Shown here one piece after another: positions 11,079 through 22,045 of a DNA stretch of 64,000 nucleotides. The stretch is taken from the NCBI RefSeq assembly GCF_055900595.2, contig NZ_CM148325.1; one strand, 5' to 3'. The notes beneath the pieces were generated by a model, which was not told where the DNA came from, searched no databases, and was given only the letters and a program-made list of their open reading frames with translations. Numbering within the stretch: the first letter of the stretch is position 1; every line of letters begins with the position of its first letter. The translations under genes were made by a program, and so were the position numbers.

Positions 11079-11221
11079 CAGGTGTAGGATCCAAACGCGG
11101 TCGAACACAGCAACTATTTGCGTAATTATATGAGGCATTTGCGACAAAAACTGGAACAGGATCACGTCCGCCCCGCCATTTCATTACTGAAACCGGTATT
11201 GGGTATCGGTTTATGCTTTGA
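11079..11221 (+). repeat. Decayed direct duplicate of the kdpE 3' end (kdpE-remnant pseudo-sequence)
   Basis: 143 bp that align by eye with kdpE 5940-6083 (caggtgt...aaccggtattgggtatcggtttatgc...tga). The copy has TGG to TAG and a 1-nt deletion, so it is non-coding. Confidence 0.8.
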
Positions 11222-11344
11222 AAAAAGTGGCAATGTATGGATAAAGTCATTTTTTATTCAAATATAAGGAACTTAATATTTAAAAAATGTCCCATACAAT
11301 GCCTCATCATAAATGACACCGTAGCACACAAGGAGCAAGTAGCG

Positions 11345-11995
11345 ATGCGTGAAGTGAGTCAGTTAGTAAATACTGAAGATTCAGCCTGGACAATAATCCA
11401 GAATTGGTTAAAAGAAGCCACAAACCATGCCGAACTCTTACCGGTTAATAAAGATTTAGCCGAAACCGCACTTTATCAATTACAGGTTACAACAAAATCA
11501 CCGATGGGTGCGCTTGTCTATGGCTCCGGAGGTCTGCTGATTGATAACGGTTGGTTACGCATATCAGGCTCTGGTCACCCCCGGTTACCACGAGATCCAG
11601 CAAGTTGGACACAACGCCCTGAATTCGCAAGCGTGCGGGCTTTACCCATCGCCGATGATGTCGCAGGGGGAATTTTTGCTCTTAATGGTGGCGATCTTGG
11701 GGAAGATACTGGCTGCGTTTATTATTTTGCGCCAGATACGCTGAATTGGGAAAGTCTGGAGGTTGGATATTCTGAGTTTCTTCAGTGGGCATTATCCGGT
11801 GATTTAGATACCTTCTATGAAAATGTACGCTGGCCGCAATGGCAAGAAGACGTAATAAAATTATCGGCAACGGAAGCCTTCACTTTCTACCCTTTCTTAT
11901 GGGTACAAAGTGAAGAAGCAAGAACAAGAAAAGTTATTTCGCTTACTGAACTCTGGGAAATGCAGTATCAAATGAAAGAAACAATCACGCAATAA
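11345..11995 (+). CDS. ybfG: Conserved hypothetical protein (YbfG-like, DUF2625 by recollection), apparently intact
   Basis: ORF 11237-11995; start placed at ATG 11345, preceded by aaggag at 11330-11335. The ybfG assignment is positional (between potE and ybfP/pgm) and from memory, not from a domain search. Confidence 0.6.
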   Translation: MREVSQLVNTEDSAWTIIQNWLKEATNHAELLPVNKDLAETALYQLQVTTKSPMGALVYGSGGLLIDNGWLRISGSGHPRLPRDPASWTQRPEFASVRALPIADDVAGGIFALNGGDLGEDTGCVYYFAPDTLNWESLEVGYSEFLQWALSGDLDTFYENVRWPQWQEDVIKLSATEAFTFYPFLWVQSEEARTRKVISLTELWEMQYQMKETITQ

Positions 11996-12004
11996 GACAT
12001 GTTC

Positions 12005-12030
12005 AGGTCCGGGTTTCATTCCCGGACTCG
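12005..12030. terminator. Putative bidirectional terminator between convergent ybfG and ybfP
   Basis: gtccggg-tttcatt-cccggac hairpin in the 40-bp gap between the two stop codons. Confidence 0.5.
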
Positions 12031-12035
12031 CTATT

Positions 12036-12530
12036 TTAATGTGTGTTTATCGCTTTCAATTCTTGCTGGCAATTTTCTGACTGACAGCGTCGCAACTCAA
12101 TAATCCCGACATGCATCATCGAGCCAAAAAATCCGCTTTCGCTGACATAATCCTCATTAACTATCGGTCGAGTGCCGGGCTTACCCTGGCAAATCCCCAT
12201 AAAAAATGAGGTGTAGCATTGCCATTCAGGATTTAAACCGGTCTTTTCTTGTGCTGACATATCATGAAGATAAGTAAGTTCTTTTTCGTTCCCGCCTGAC
12301 AACTGCCAGCGGCGGGTATTATCAGGTAAGTTATCGCCACGGCAATTTGTCTTACACCGGGAAGGCGCAATATTTACCGCAATGCTACCCGTTAATCCTC
12401 TGGTTTTATCTTTAGGGGTCAGTAACCAGTCACCAGCTAATGATGATTGTTCAGGTTGGGCGCATGCTGTCAGCAGTAGTGTGGCGGTAATTAATGCCAC
12501 TCTGACGACCAGACTCCTTTTGGTCTTCAT
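12036..12530 (-). CDS. ybfP: Putative lipoprotein YbfP
   Basis: ORF 12036-12581; start placed at MKTKRSLVVRVALITATLLLTAC (lipobox LLTAC), 164 aa. Confidence 0.8.
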   Translation of the reverse strand: MKTKRSLVVRVALITATLLLTACAQPEQSSLAGDWLLTPKDKTRGLTGSIAVNIAPSRCKTNCRGDNLPDNTRRWQLSGGNEKELTYLHDMSAQEKTGLNPEWQCYTSFFMGICQGKPGTRPIVNEDYVSESGFFGSMMHVGIIELRRCQSENCQQELKAINTH

Positions 12531-12584
12531 TTTGAATTCCCTTGAGCTATTCAGTTTGTTGGCAAAGTACTCGTTGTTCATGCC

Positions 12585-12690
12585 GGATGCGGCGTGAACG
12601 CCTTATCCGTCCTACAAAATAGTGCAAATTCAATATATTGCACCATCCTCGTAGGCCTGATGAACGTAGCGTATCAGGCTATCATAAGTA
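12585..12690. repeat. REP/BIME palindromic elements
   Basis: gccggatgcggcgtgaacgccttatcc... and ...gtaggcctgatgaacgtagcgtatcaggc REP-type units between ybfP and pgm. Confidence 0.7.
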
Positions 12691-12691
12691 A

Positions 12692-12722
12692 AAAGGGCGA
12701 TCTTCCGACCGCCCTTTTTCTT
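12692..12722. terminator. Putative terminator downstream of pgm
   Basis: aaaagggcgatcttccgaccgccctttttc: GC stem flanked by an A-run and a T-run (bidirectional appearance). Confidence 0.6.
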
Positions 12723-12733
12723 ATTTAATGTGT

Positions 12734-14374
12734 TTACGCGTTTTTCAGAACTTCGCTAACAATCTCAACCGCTTCTTTCTCGATCTGCTTGCGATGTTCT
12801 TCACCGAGGAAGCTTTCGCAGTAGATTTTGTATGCGTCTTCCGTGCCTGACGGACGCGCGGCGAACCAGCCGTTGTCAGTCATCACTTTCAGACCGCCAA
12901 TAGAAGCACCGTTGCCCGGTGCCGCCGTCAGGCGCGCGGTGATCGGGTCACCTGCCAGGGTGCTGGCGCTCACCATTTCCGGAGACAGCTTAGACAGCGC
13001 CGCTTTTTGTGCGGAAGTCGCAGCTGCCTGCAAACGGTTGTAGCTCGGCGCACCAAAGCGTTTTGCCAGTTCGTTGTAGTGTTCCTGCGGGTTCTTACCG
13101 GTAACAGCAGTGATTTCCGCCGCCAGCAGACACATAATGATACCGTCTTTATCGGTGGACCACGGCGTGCCGTCGAAACGCAGAAAGGAAGCCCCTGCGC
13201 TCTCTTCGCCGCCAAAGCCGAAGCTGCCGTCGAACAGACCATCCACAAACCATTTGAAACCTACCGGTACTTCTACCAGCTTACGGCCCAAATCGTTGAC
13301 CACGCGGTCGATCATCGCAGAAGAAACCAGCGTTTTACCGACAGCAACATCTTTGCCCCACTGCGGACGATGCTGGAACAGGTAGTTGATCGCCACTGCC
13401 AGGTAATGGTTAGGATTCATCAAACCTGCCGGAGTGACGATACCGTGACGGTCATAATCCGGGTCGTTAGCAAATGCCAGATCGAACTTATCACGCAGTG
13501 CCAGCAGGCCCGCCATTGCACACTCGGAGGAACAGTCCATACGGATCGCGCCGTCTTTATCGAGGTGCATAAAGCGGAAGGTTTGATCGACCTGATCGTT
13601 AACGATGGTCAGGTTAAGGTTGTAATACTCGCCAATACGCTTCCAGTATTCGATACCGGAACCGCCCAGCGGATCAACGCCCAGCGTCAGGCCCGCTTTC
13701 TGAATCGCCGCCATATCAACGATATCGGCCAGACCTTCCACAAACGGCTGCACCAGATCCTGCTCTTTCACATGACCGGATGCCATCGCTTCGTCGAGGG
13801 AGATACGCTTCACACCTTTCAGGCCATCGGCCATCAGTGCGTTGGCCCTGTCTTCCACCACTTTGGTGACGTTGGTATCAGCCGGGCCACCATTTGGCGG
13901 ATTGTACTTGATACCACCATCTTCTGGCGGGTTATGGGACGGTGTAATCACGATACCGTCTGCCAGCGGGCCACCTTTTTTATTGTGAACCAGGATGGCA
14001 TTGGAAACGGCAGGCGTCGGAGTGAAGCCATTGTTTTCCTGCACAATAACATCTACGCCGTTCGCTGCCAGCACTTCCAGTACGGAAATGAACGCAGGCT
14101 CGGACAGGGCGTGAGTATCTTTACCCACATAGCAAGGGCCAGTGATGCCGTTTTTCGCACGTTCTTCAGCAATTGCCTGAGCGATCGCCAGAATATGCGG
14201 CTCGTTAAAGCTATGGCGCGCTGCACTGCCACGGTGACCGGAAGTACCGAATTTCACCGCGTGCTCCGCATTCCCTGCTTCTGGTTTCAGTACATAGTAT
14301 TGCGCCGTCAGTTGGGCGACGTTAATCAAATCACTCTGTTGTGCAGGTTGGCCTGCACGATTGTGGATTGCCAT
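12734..14374 (-). CDS. pgm: Phosphoglucomutase
   Basis: ORF 12734-14425; start placed at [16 protein letters not shown] (546 aa); phosphohexomutase active-site Ser region (GTSGHRGS). Confidence 0.95.
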   Translation of the reverse strand: MAIHNRAGQPAQQSDLINVAQLTAQYYVLKPEAGNAEHAVKFGTSGHRGSAARHSFNEPHILAIAQAIAEERAKNGITGPCYVGKDTHALSEPAFISVLEVLAANGVDVIVQENNGFTPTPAVSNAILVHNKKGGPLADGIVITPSHNPPEDGGIKYNPPNGGPADTNVTKVVEDRANALMADGLKGVKRISLDEAMASGHVKEQDLVQPFVEGLADIVDMAAIQKAGLTLGVDPLGGSGIEYWKRIGEYYNLNLTIVNDQVDQTFRFMHLDKDGAIRMDCSSECAMAGLLALRDKFDLAFANDPDYDRHGIVTPAGLMNPNHYLAVAINYLFQHRPQWGKDVAVGKTLVSSAMIDRVVNDLGRKLVEVPVGFKWFVDGLFDGSFGFGGEESAGASFLRFDGTPWSTDKDGIIMCLLAAEITAVTGKNPQEHYNELAKRFGAPSYNRLQAAATSAQKAALSKLSPEMVSASTLAGDPITARLTAAPGNGASIGGLKVMTDNGWFAARPSGTEDAYKIYCESFLGEEHRKQIEKEAVEIVSEVLKNA

Positions 14375-14399
14375 TGCTTTGTCCTTTGTCTGCAACGTT

Positions 14400-14945
14400 T
14401 TAGATAGTTCCGCAAACCTTCTCAATCAATTCCGCCGGGAATTGCATCGACTGCATGATGTGTTCGATCATGCTGCATTTACGGCCGGTGTTGGTGTTGG
14501 TGATCACCCAATACGGCGTGCCTGGCACATGTTTCGGCTTGGTCTGATTACCATTTTTCAGCAGCGTTTGTTCATCTGCCGCAAAGTAAACGCGTGTACG
14601 ACCGTGCAACGATTCCGTGGCCTCGGCAAACGCCTGGGCGTCAAGAGAATATAGTGTAGACAACAGCAGCATGAAGCGATTGACCGCTCGCTTTTGCTCT
14701 GCGTATTCATCCGAAAGCAAAAGTTCACGCATTGCGCGAACCTTGTCTTTAATCGTTTTGACCGGCTTCGCTTCGACGATAGCAGGTGACGCAACGCGAA
14801 CCTCTTTCGTCACCGGAGCAGCAGGCTGTGATGCGGCGGAAAATTTCAACATACGCCGTAAAATGTCGGATGCGCTCTCGCCGATATGCTTAGTGTGGCT
14901 GGCAATATAGCTGTAGAGTTCATCATCAACTTCAATCGTTTTCAT
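14400..14945 (-). CDS. seqA: Replication initiation negative regulator SeqA
   Basis: ORF 14400-15023; start placed at [33 protein letters not shown] (181 aa). Confidence 0.93.
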
Positions 14946-15129
14946 CTTAATCCAGTGCAGTGTCTTAGCTGAATACAAGTCGCCAGGAGTATATGAATAA
15001 ATCCCGGCAGCGGATAGCGTCAAGCCTGGCTTGCAGAAAAACTCGGATTAAACCTTATTTGTTGCAGCCCTGTGGCACAATGGTCAACATAATACCCTAA
15101 CCCGACAACGCGAAAAAAAGAACTTTGCC

Positions 15130-15894
15130 ATGAAATTGAATATCCGCGCGCAAACTGCACAAAACCAGCACAATAATTCTCCCATCGTTCTTGTCCATGG
15201 TCTGTTTGGCAGCCTCGACAACCTTGGCGTACTGGCTCGCGATCTGGTAAACGATCACAATATCATCCAGGTTGATATGCGTAACCACGGTCTTTCCCCG
15301 AGAGATCCGGTGATGAGTTACCCGGAGATGGCCCAGGATCTTGTTGACACTCTGGATGCACAGCAGATCGATAAGGCAACATTTATTGGACACTCAATGG
15401 GCGGTAAAGCGGTGATGGCACTGACTGCACTGGCCCCCGATCGCATCGATAAACTGGTGGCGATTGATATTGCGCCGGTCGACTATCACGTACGCCGTCA
15501 TGATGAGATTTTCGCGGCCATCAACGCAGTCAGTGAATCAGACGCACAAACACGCCAGCAAGCAGCGGCAATAATGCGCCAGCATCTTAATGAAGAAGGG
15601 GTGATTCAGTTTCTGTTGAAATCTTTTGTTGACGGGGAGTGGCGCTTTAACGTGCCGGTATTGTGGGATCAGTATCCGCATATTGTGGGTTGGGAGAAAA
15701 TCCCGGCATGGGATCACCCTGCCCTGTTTATCCCTGGTGGCAATTCTCCGTATGTTAGCGAGCAGTATCGTGATGATTTACTGACACAATTTCCACAGGC
15801 ACGAGCGCATGTGATTGCTGGCGCGGGTCACTGGGTCCATGCTGAAAAACCGGATGCGGTATTACGCGCTATCCGTCGCTATCTCAATGATTAA
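15130..15894 (+). CDS. ybfF: Esterase YbfF (alpha/beta hydrolase)
   Basis: 254-aa ORF with a GHSMGG nucleophile elbow; conserved position next to seqA. Confidence 0.9.
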   Translation: MKLNIRAQTAQNQHNNSPIVLVHGLFGSLDNLGVLARDLVNDHNIIQVDMRNHGLSPRDPVMSYPEMAQDLVDTLDAQQIDKATFIGHSMGGKAVMALTALAPDRIDKLVAIDIAPVDYHVRRHDEIFAAINAVSESDAQTRQQAAAIMRQHLNEEGVIQFLLKSFVDGEWRFNVPVLWDQYPHIVGWEKIPAWDHPALFIPGGNSPYVSEQYRDDLLTQFPQARAHVIAGAGHWVHAEKPDAVLRAIRRYLND

Positions 15895-16033
15895 CGTAAC
15901 TGATTAAAAACCCAGCGTCCGCGTCGCTTTCCGCGCGTGGGCGTTGGCGTGACTCATCGCGCTGATGTATTATGGCGCGCTATCCATCCGGGCAGGCGCC
16001 TGGCTGATTGTTTCCCCCGAAGTCACCAAGATC

Positions 16034-16327
16034 ATGGCCAAAGAACAAACGGACCGTACGACATTAGATCTGTTCGCGCACGAGCGTCGACCGGGACGAC
16101 CGAAAACTAATCCGCTTTCGCGCGATGAACAGCTGCGTATTAATAAACGCAACCAGCTAAAACGCGACAAAGTACGTGGCCTTAAGCGTGTCGAACTGAA
16201 GCTGAACGCGGAAGCTGTCGAGGCACTGAACGAGCTGGCAGAATCGCGCAATATGAGCCGTAGCGAACTGATCGAAGAGATGTTAATGCAGCAACTGGCG
16301 GCGCTGCGTAGTCAGGGCATCGTTTAA
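16034..16327 (+). CDS. ybfE: Small DNA-binding protein YbfE (reported LexA-regulated)
   Basis: ORF 15965-16327; start placed at [14 protein letters not shown] (97 aa); ribbon-helix-helix-like C-terminus. Confidence 0.8.
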   Translation: MAKEQTDRTTLDLFAHERRPGRPKTNPLSRDEQLRINKRNQLKRDKVRGLKRVELKLNAEAVEALNELAESRNMSRSELIEEMLMQQLAALRSQGIV

Positions 16328-16466
16328 ATTTCCACTTTCATGTAGCACAGTGTGCAGTCCTGCTCGTTTGCTGATTCCGCAAGACTGCCTGTTCTGCTAT
16401 GATTGCCTTTATCCGTGGGCAATTTTCCACCCCCATTTCAATAAGTTTCAAGAGGTTATTTCACTC

Positions 16467-16997
16467 ATGGCTATCACTGGCATCTTTTTCGGCAGCGACA
16501 CCGGTAATACCGAAAATATCGCAAAAATGATTCAAAAACAGCTTGGTAAAGACGTTGCCGATGTCCATGACATTGCAAAAAGCAGCAAAGAAGATCTGGA
16601 AGCATATGACATTCTGCTGCTGGGCATCCCAACCTGGTATTACGGCGAAGCGCAGTGTGACTGGGATGACTTCTTCCCGACTCTCGAAGAGATTGATTTC
16701 AATGGCAAACTGGTTGCGCTGTTTGGTTGTGGCGACCAGGAAGATTACGCTGAATACTTCTGTGACGCATTGGGCACCATCCGCGACATCATTGAACCGC
16801 GCGGTGCAACCATCGTTGGTCACTGGCCAACTGCGGGCTACCATTTCGAAGCATCAAAAGGTCTGGCAGATGACGACCACTTTGTCGGTCTGGCTATCGA
16901 CGAAGACCGTCAGCCGGAACTGACCGCTGAACGTGTAGAAAAATGGGTTAAACAGATTTCTGAAGAATTGCATCTCGACGAAATTCTCAATGCCTGA
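16467..16997 (+). CDS. fldA: Flavodoxin 1
   Basis: ORF 16350-16997; start placed at [23 protein letters not shown] (176 aa) with the flavodoxin FMN-binding signature. Confidence 0.95.
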
Positions 16998-17202
16998 TGT
17001 GATGCGGCGTAGACTCATGTCTACGCCGTATTAATAGATAATGCCAATCAAAATAATTGCTACAAATTTGTAACTTTTGCTGTTGTACCTGTACAATGTC
17101 CCGGTGTTCAAGTGGCCTTGCCGTTGTAAATGTAAGCTGTGCCACGTTTTTATTAACAATATTTGCCAGGGACTTGTGGTTTTCATTTAGGCGTGGCAAT
17201 TC

Positions 17203-17221
17203 TATAATGATACGCATTATC
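17203..17221 (+). promoter_or_regulatory. Fur box in the fur/uof promoter region
   Basis: tataatgatacgcattatc closely matches the 19-bp Fur consensus GATAATGATAATCATTATC; about 65 bp upstream of fur. Confidence 0.65.
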
Positions 17222-17293
17222 TCAAGAGCAAATTCTGTCACTTCTCCTAATGAAGTGAACCGCTTAGTAACAGGACAGATTCCGCATGACTGA
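17207..17293 (+). CDS. uof: uof leader peptide (upstream ORF of fur), 28 codons
   Basis: MIRIISRANSVTSPNEVNRLVTGQIPHD read in frame; its stop TGA (17291-17293) overlaps the fur ATG (17286). Confidence 0.7.
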   Translation: MIRIISRANSVTSPNEVNRLVTGQIPHD

Positions 17294-17732
17294 TAACAAT
17301 ACCGCCCTAAAGAAAGCTGGCCTGAAAGTAACGCTTCCTCGTTTAAAAATCCTGGAAGTTCTTCAGGAGCCGGACAACCATCACGTCAGTGCGGAAGATT
17401 TATACAAACGTCTGATCGATATGGGTGAAGAAATTGGTCTGGCTACGGTATATCGCGTACTGAACCAGTTTGACGACGCTGGTATCGTCACCCGCCACAA
17501 TTTTGAAGGCGGTAAATCCGTATTTGAACTGACACAGCAACATCACCACGATCACCTGATCTGCCTCGACTGCGGCAAGGTTATCGAATTTAGTGATGAT
17601 TCCATCGAAGCGCGTCAGCGTGAAATTGCCGCAAAACATGGCATTCGCCTGACTAACCACAGTCTCTATCTTTACGGTCACTGTGCCGAAGGCGATTGCC
17701 GCGAAGATGAGCACGCGCACGAAGGCAAATAA
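17286..17732 (+). CDS. fur: Ferric uptake regulator
   Basis: 148-aa ORF MTDNNTALKKAGLKVTLPRLKILEVLQ... with a His-rich C-terminus. Confidence 0.98.
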   Translation: MTDNNTALKKAGLKVTLPRLKILEVLQEPDNHHVSAEDLYKRLIDMGEEIGLATVYRVLNQFDDAGIVTRHNFEGGKSVFELTQQHHHDHLICLDCGKVIEFSDDSIEARQREIAAKHGIRLTNHSLYLYGHCAEGDCREDEHAHEGK

Positions 17733-17747
17733 GCCAGTCTGAACGAG

Positions 17748-17776
17748 AAAAGCCAACCTGCGGGTTGGCTTTTTTA
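17748..17776 (+). terminator. Intrinsic terminator after fur
   Basis: aaagccaacc-tgcg-ggttggctt followed by ttttttat. Confidence 0.75.
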
Positions 17777-17815
17777 TGCAAGGGAAATAAGAAAAGCGAG
17801 AGTTACAGCTCTCAC

Positions 17816-18142
17816 TTATTTGTTATTACTGCGAATTTCCTGCCAGACTTTATCACAATCGGCTTTCACTGCCTGATCATTACCGGTTTGCGTTGCCTGA
17901 ATGCACTGCTGATAATCCAGCACACGGACACTTTCCTGCTCGGCAAACTGCTGATGTTGTTTCTCTTTCTTCAGCACGTTTAACACGCTCTGGCAGGCTT
18001 CAATTTTTTCTGGCGAACCTTGCGCGGTGTTGATACAGGCGCTGTAAGCTTCTTTCAGACGGCTGTCTTCCTGTGGCGCGGTGGATTGTGCACAAGCCAC
18101 CAGCCCCGATGCCATCATGGCGATGAGAATCAGTTTTTTCAT
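17816..18142 (-). CDS. chiQ: Lipoprotein ChiQ (YbfN)
   Basis: 108-aa ORF with a signal peptide and lipobox (GLVACAQ); immediately downstream of chiP on the same strand. Confidence 0.85.
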   Translation of the reverse strand: MKKLILIAMMASGLVACAQSTAPQEDSRLKEAYSACINTAQGSPEKIEACQSVLNVLKKEKQHQQFAEQESVRVLDYQQCIQATQTGNDQAVKADCDKVWQEIRSNNK

Positions 18143-18191
18143 TGCAAATTCCTCAAACGTGCGGCAGGCACAAAACCTGCCGCGTCGGGCA

Positions 18192-19598
18192 TCAGAAGAT
18201 GGTGAATGGTGCGATTACCATAAATTTCACGTCACGCTCATCCTGGAAGATGTTGCCGTAACCACCGCCCCAGCTTGGGATGTCGGAGTGGTTGTCGTAT
18301 TCGGTAAAGTGCAGTTTGAACATCGTGCCTTTGGCGCGACCGTCCTGAATGGTGTAGACCGCATCCAGGCTGTATGCAGACTCTTCAATAGTCCGGTTCT
18401 TGTCGTAGTACGCATCCGGATTGCTCTGCCAGGTAGCGGGTTTAGCATCCCATGCGTAAACGTAGGAAGCGCCGATGGCGAAGCCTGGAAGATTCCAGTT
18501 TTTCAGGTCATACATCGCACCGAAGAAGACCGCTTTTTCGCCGTTGGCGTTGAAGTCAGAACGGTTATCCCACCAGATATCCAGGCGACCGTTCGAGGAA
18601 GCATAGGTTGGAGTCATACGTTGCAGGAAGTATCCCTGCTGACCGTCGGCTTTAACCCAGGTGCCTTCCAGACGCAAATCCACTACGTCAGCCGCCCGGT
18701 AACCAAAGGTCAACGCTTGCAGCCAGGCAGTGCCGTCGTAAAGGTCGTTGACGCTGCGATCGTCAACTTTATCGCGCGTACCGTAGAACTGGTAGCTGGT
18801 GGTTAACGGGCTACCGGCGATATCAAATTTATAGCTGGCTTTGGCAAAATACTGATCAATATACCCTTCTGCCTGACCAAATGCCGCTTCCAGTACGAAG
18901 TTATTTTTGAAGTCGTACTTCGCCCCAAGGGAGTGTAGATAATCAACTTTGGTGGTTTTATCGTTCTGATAAAACTCATCCATTTCCAGATGCCACGGCG
19001 CTTTATATTCGTTGGTCCACATGTAGGAGAAACTCAACGCACCAGCATCGCCGTAATCAAAATTCGCCCCCGCTTCCGCCCCCTGATAAGTACCCGGCAT
19101 AAAACTCCAGTGCGGCGCTAACAGCGTCTGACCGGTTGGCTGAATATAACCTGCCCGCGCCCACACCGGACCGTATTTAAATTTGGCCGCTGCTTTATAC
19201 AGGCTTATACCGCTTTTATCGCCGGACCAGTCTTCGTCATAGGCTTTATTGCTTTTTGAAAACGCGATTTCGTTCGGGTGAGAACTGTCGCCGTTTTCCG
19301 CCATTTCAATCGCCGTAAACGCCGCAATATCAAGGCCGAACATATCAGCAGCATAACCAGACTGAAAATCGAGGTTGGCATTCCAGGTGGAGTGAGAAAG
19401 GTTGGTTTTGTATTTGTCGCCGTCGGTAACGTCTTTACGGTCGCGTTCACGCTGCCAGTAATAGATACCGCCGGTTAAGGTTGAATCGTCGATGAATCCT
19501 TCGGCGCGAGCCTCCGGCATTGCCATAAAGCTCGACATTGCTGTAACACCGGCGATAGCCAGCGCCAGCGTACTACGTTTGCCACTAAACGTACGCAT
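18192..19598 (-). CDS. chiP: Chitooligosaccharide outer-membrane porin ChiP (YbfM)
   Basis: 468-aa ORF with a signal peptide ([32 protein letters not shown]) and a C-terminal aromatic residue (…PFTIF) typical of beta-barrel porins. Confidence 0.92.
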   Translation of the reverse strand: MRTFSGKRSTLALAIAGVTAMSSFMAMPEARAEGFIDDSTLTGGIYYWQRERDRKDVTDGDKYKTNLSHSTWNANLDFQSGYAADMFGLDIAAFTAIEMAENGDSSHPNEIAFSKSNKAYDEDWSGDKSGISLYKAAAKFKYGPVWARAGYIQPTGQTLLAPHWSFMPGTYQGAEAGANFDYGDAGALSFSYMWTNEYKAPWHLEMDEFYQNDKTTKVDYLHSLGAKYDFKNNFVLEAAFGQAEGYIDQYFAKASYKFDIAGSPLTTSYQFYGTRDKVDDRSVNDLYDGTAWLQALTFGYRAADVVDLRLEGTWVKADGQQGYFLQRMTPTYASSNGRLDIWWDNRSDFNANGEKAVFFGAMYDLKNWNLPGFAIGASYVYAWDAKPATWQSNPDAYYDKNRTIEESAYSLDAVYTIQDGRAKGTMFKLHFTEYDNHSDIPSWGGGYGNIFQDERDVKFMVIAPFTIF

Positions 19599-19994
19599 GG
19601 GTTAATCCTCTTTGACGTATAAATTGCTGCACCAAAGGTGAACAGCGAAAAAAAATAAAAATTAAAAAAGTAGCGTTGAGAAAAGTCTCGCTGACTACAG
19701 GAACAGACTATTTTTCGCGACGCGAATTATCAATCTCTTTCTGTAACCAGAATGTAAGAACATGAGCAACCGCACATATTTTGATGATTTTTGTTACAAG
19801 GCTTAAGTTTGCAGTTGAAAGGCTTGCAGAAGAATAAAAGCGTGAATTTCCAGCAAGATGAAAGCGGTTACATTTTATTTAATTATGATTTGTAATTTTA
19901 AATTTGCTTTATGAATAAATTATGAAGCGGAATTAATTCGCGAAGAAAAGCAGAAAAAAAACGCCGCGGAGCGCGGCGTTTGGGTTTGTTTGCT

Positions 19995-20170
19995 ATTTCT
20001 TGCCGGATGCGGCGTGAACGCCTTATCCGGCCTACAAAAGCACGCAAATTCAATATATGGCAGAGATCATGTAGGCCTGATAAGCGTAGCGCATCAGGCA
20101 ATTTAGCGTTTGAAACTGTTTCTATGTTTCTTGCCGGATGTGGCGTAAATGCCTCACCCGGCCTGGTAGA
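19995..20170. repeat. Cluster of REP/BIME elements
   Basis: Three REP-type palindromes (gccggatgcggcgtgaacgccttatccggcctac ..., gtaggcctgataagcgtagcgcatcaggc, gccggatgtggcgtaaatgcctcacccggcc) between chiP and glnS. Confidence 0.8.
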
Positions 20171-20178
20171 ACTTAAAA

Positions 20179-21843
20179 CTACTCGCCTACTTTCGCCCAG
20201 GTATCACGCAGCCCAACGGTGCGGTTAAATACCGGTTTTTCCGCCGTAGAATGGCGGCTGTCGAGGCAGAAGTAACCCTCACGCTCAAACTGGAATGCTT
20301 TGCCCGCTACCGCGCCTTTCAGCGACGGTTCAGCAAAGCCCTGTTTGATCACCAACGATTCCGGGTTAATCACCGACAGGAAATCATCCGCAGCACCTGG
20401 GTTCGGCACGCTGAACAGACGATCGTACAGGCGGATTTCAACCGGCAGCGCATGTGCCGCGCTCACCCAGTGAATAACGCCTTTCACTTTACGACCATCT
20501 GCCGGATCTTTGCTTAAGGTGTCGGCGTCATAAGTACAGAAGATGGTGGTGATATTGCCTTCGGCATCTTTCTCCACGCGTTCCGCTTTAATCACGTAAG
20601 CATTACGCAGACGCACTTCTTTACCCAGCACCAGACGTTTGTACTGCTTGTTAGCTTCTTCGCGGAAATCGGCGCGATCGATCCAAATCTCACCGCTGAA
20701 TGGCACCTGACGGCTGCCCATTTCAGGTTTGTTCGGATGGTTCGGCATAGTGACCATTTCGCCTTCGCCCTGATAGTTTTCGATAACCAGTTTCACCGGA
20801 TCGATAACCGCCATTGCGCGCGGAGCATTTTCATTGAGATCTTCACGGATGCAGGATTCCAGCGACGCCATCTCAATGGTGTTGTCCTGCTTGGTCACGC
20901 CAATGCGTTTGCAGAACTCACGAATAGAAGCCGCCGTGTAACCACGACGACGCAGACCGGAAATGGTCGGCATACGTGGATCATCCCAGCCTTCAACGTG
21001 CTTGTCGGTCACCAGCAGGTTCAGCTTACGCTTGGACATCACGGTGTATTCCAGATTCAGGCGCGAGAATTCGTACTGGCGCGGATGAACAGGAATGGTG
21101 ATGTTGTCCAGTACCCAGTCATACAGACGACGGTTATCCTGGAACTCCAGCGTACACAGAGAGTGTGTAATACCTTCCAGCGCATCGCTGATGCAGTGGG
21201 TGAAGTCGTACATCGGGTAGATGCACCACTTGTTACCGGTCTGGTGGTGTTCAGCAAACTTAATGCGGTACAGCACCGGATCGCGCATCACGATAAACGG
21301 CGAAGCCATGTCGATTTTCGCGCGCAGGCAGGCTTTACCTTCTTCAAAACCGCCGGTACGCATTTTCTCGAACAGCGCCAGGTTCTCTTCAACGCTGCGG
21401 TCGCGGTACGGGCTGTTTTTACCCGGCTGCGTCAGGGTGCCGCGGTATTCGCGGATCTGTTCCGGTGTCAGTTCATCAACGTACGCCAGGCCTTTATTGA
21501 TCAGTTCGATCGCATAGGCGTGGAGCTGATCAAAATAATCGGAGGAGTAACGGACGTTACCAGACCAGTGAAAACCTAACCACTCAACGTCGTTTTTGAT
21601 CGACTCAACGTACTCGATATCTTCTTTTACCGGGTTAGTGTCGTCGAAACGCAGGTTGCACTGGCCTTTATAGTCCTGGGCGATCCCGAAGTTCAGGCAG
21701 ATAGATTTCGCATGGCCAATATGCAGATAGCCATTCGGCTCCGGCGGGAAACGGGTGTGTACTGTGGTGTGCTTACCACTGGCCAGATCTTCATCGATGA
21801 TCTGACGGATAAAGTTAGTCGGGCGGGCTTCTGCCTCACTCAT
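20179..21843 (-). CDS. glnS: Glutaminyl-tRNA synthetase
   Basis: 554-aa [23 protein letters not shown]... with HIGH (HIGH in ...[10 protein letters not shown]) and MSK (VMSKR) class I signature motifs. Confidence 0.98.
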   Translation of the reverse strand: MSEAEARPTNFIRQIIDEDLASGKHTTVHTRFPPEPNGYLHIGHAKSICLNFGIAQDYKGQCNLRFDDTNPVKEDIEYVESIKNDVEWLGFHWSGNVRYSSDYFDQLHAYAIELINKGLAYVDELTPEQIREYRGTLTQPGKNSPYRDRSVEENLALFEKMRTGGFEEGKACLRAKIDMASPFIVMRDPVLYRIKFAEHHQTGNKWCIYPMYDFTHCISDALEGITHSLCTLEFQDNRRLYDWVLDNITIPVHPRQYEFSRLNLEYTVMSKRKLNLLVTDKHVEGWDDPRMPTISGLRRRGYTAASIREFCKRIGVTKQDNTIEMASLESCIREDLNENAPRAMAVIDPVKLVIENYQGEGEMVTMPNHPNKPEMGSRQVPFSGEIWIDRADFREEANKQYKRLVLGKEVRLRNAYVIKAERVEKDAEGNITTIFCTYDADTLSKDPADGRKVKGVIHWVSAAHALPVEIRLYDRLFSVPNPGAADDFLSVINPESLVIKQGFAEPSLKGAVAGKAFQFEREGYFCLDSRHSTAEKPVFNRTVGLRDTWAKVGE

Positions 21844-22002
21844 CGTGGATTCCTCAAAGCGTAAACAACGTATAACGGCGTATGATCTTATAAGCGGGAC
21901 AGGCTGACAACTGTTAGTTAGTGAAAATCGAAAATCTCACTGAGATTATGGGGATGATTGATGAAAAAAAAAGCGGCAGAGAAGATCTCCACCGCTTGTC
22001 AT

Positions 22003-22040
22003 TGTTGGATGCGACGCTCATGCGTCGCATCAGGCATAAA
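22003..22040. repeat. REP element
   Basis: ggatgcgacgctcatgcgtcgcatcaggc palindrome just downstream of the nagE stop. Confidence 0.6.
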
Positions 22041-22045
22041 GAAGA

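Noticed and set aside
13007-14407. 466-codon plus-strand ORF
   Set aside because: Lies entirely antisense to pgm, whose product is unmistakable. The antisense translation is low-complexity (Arg/His/Val-rich) with no recognisable motifs; a shadow ORF.
16034-16050. Search for a LexA box upstream of ybfE
   Set aside because: No clear CTGT-N8-ACAG match found by eye in 15950-16033, so no LexA site is annotated despite the gene's reported LexA regulation.
18081-18806. 241-codon plus-strand ORF
   Set aside because: Antisense to chiP and overlapping the chiQ start; no ribosome-binding context; shadow ORF.
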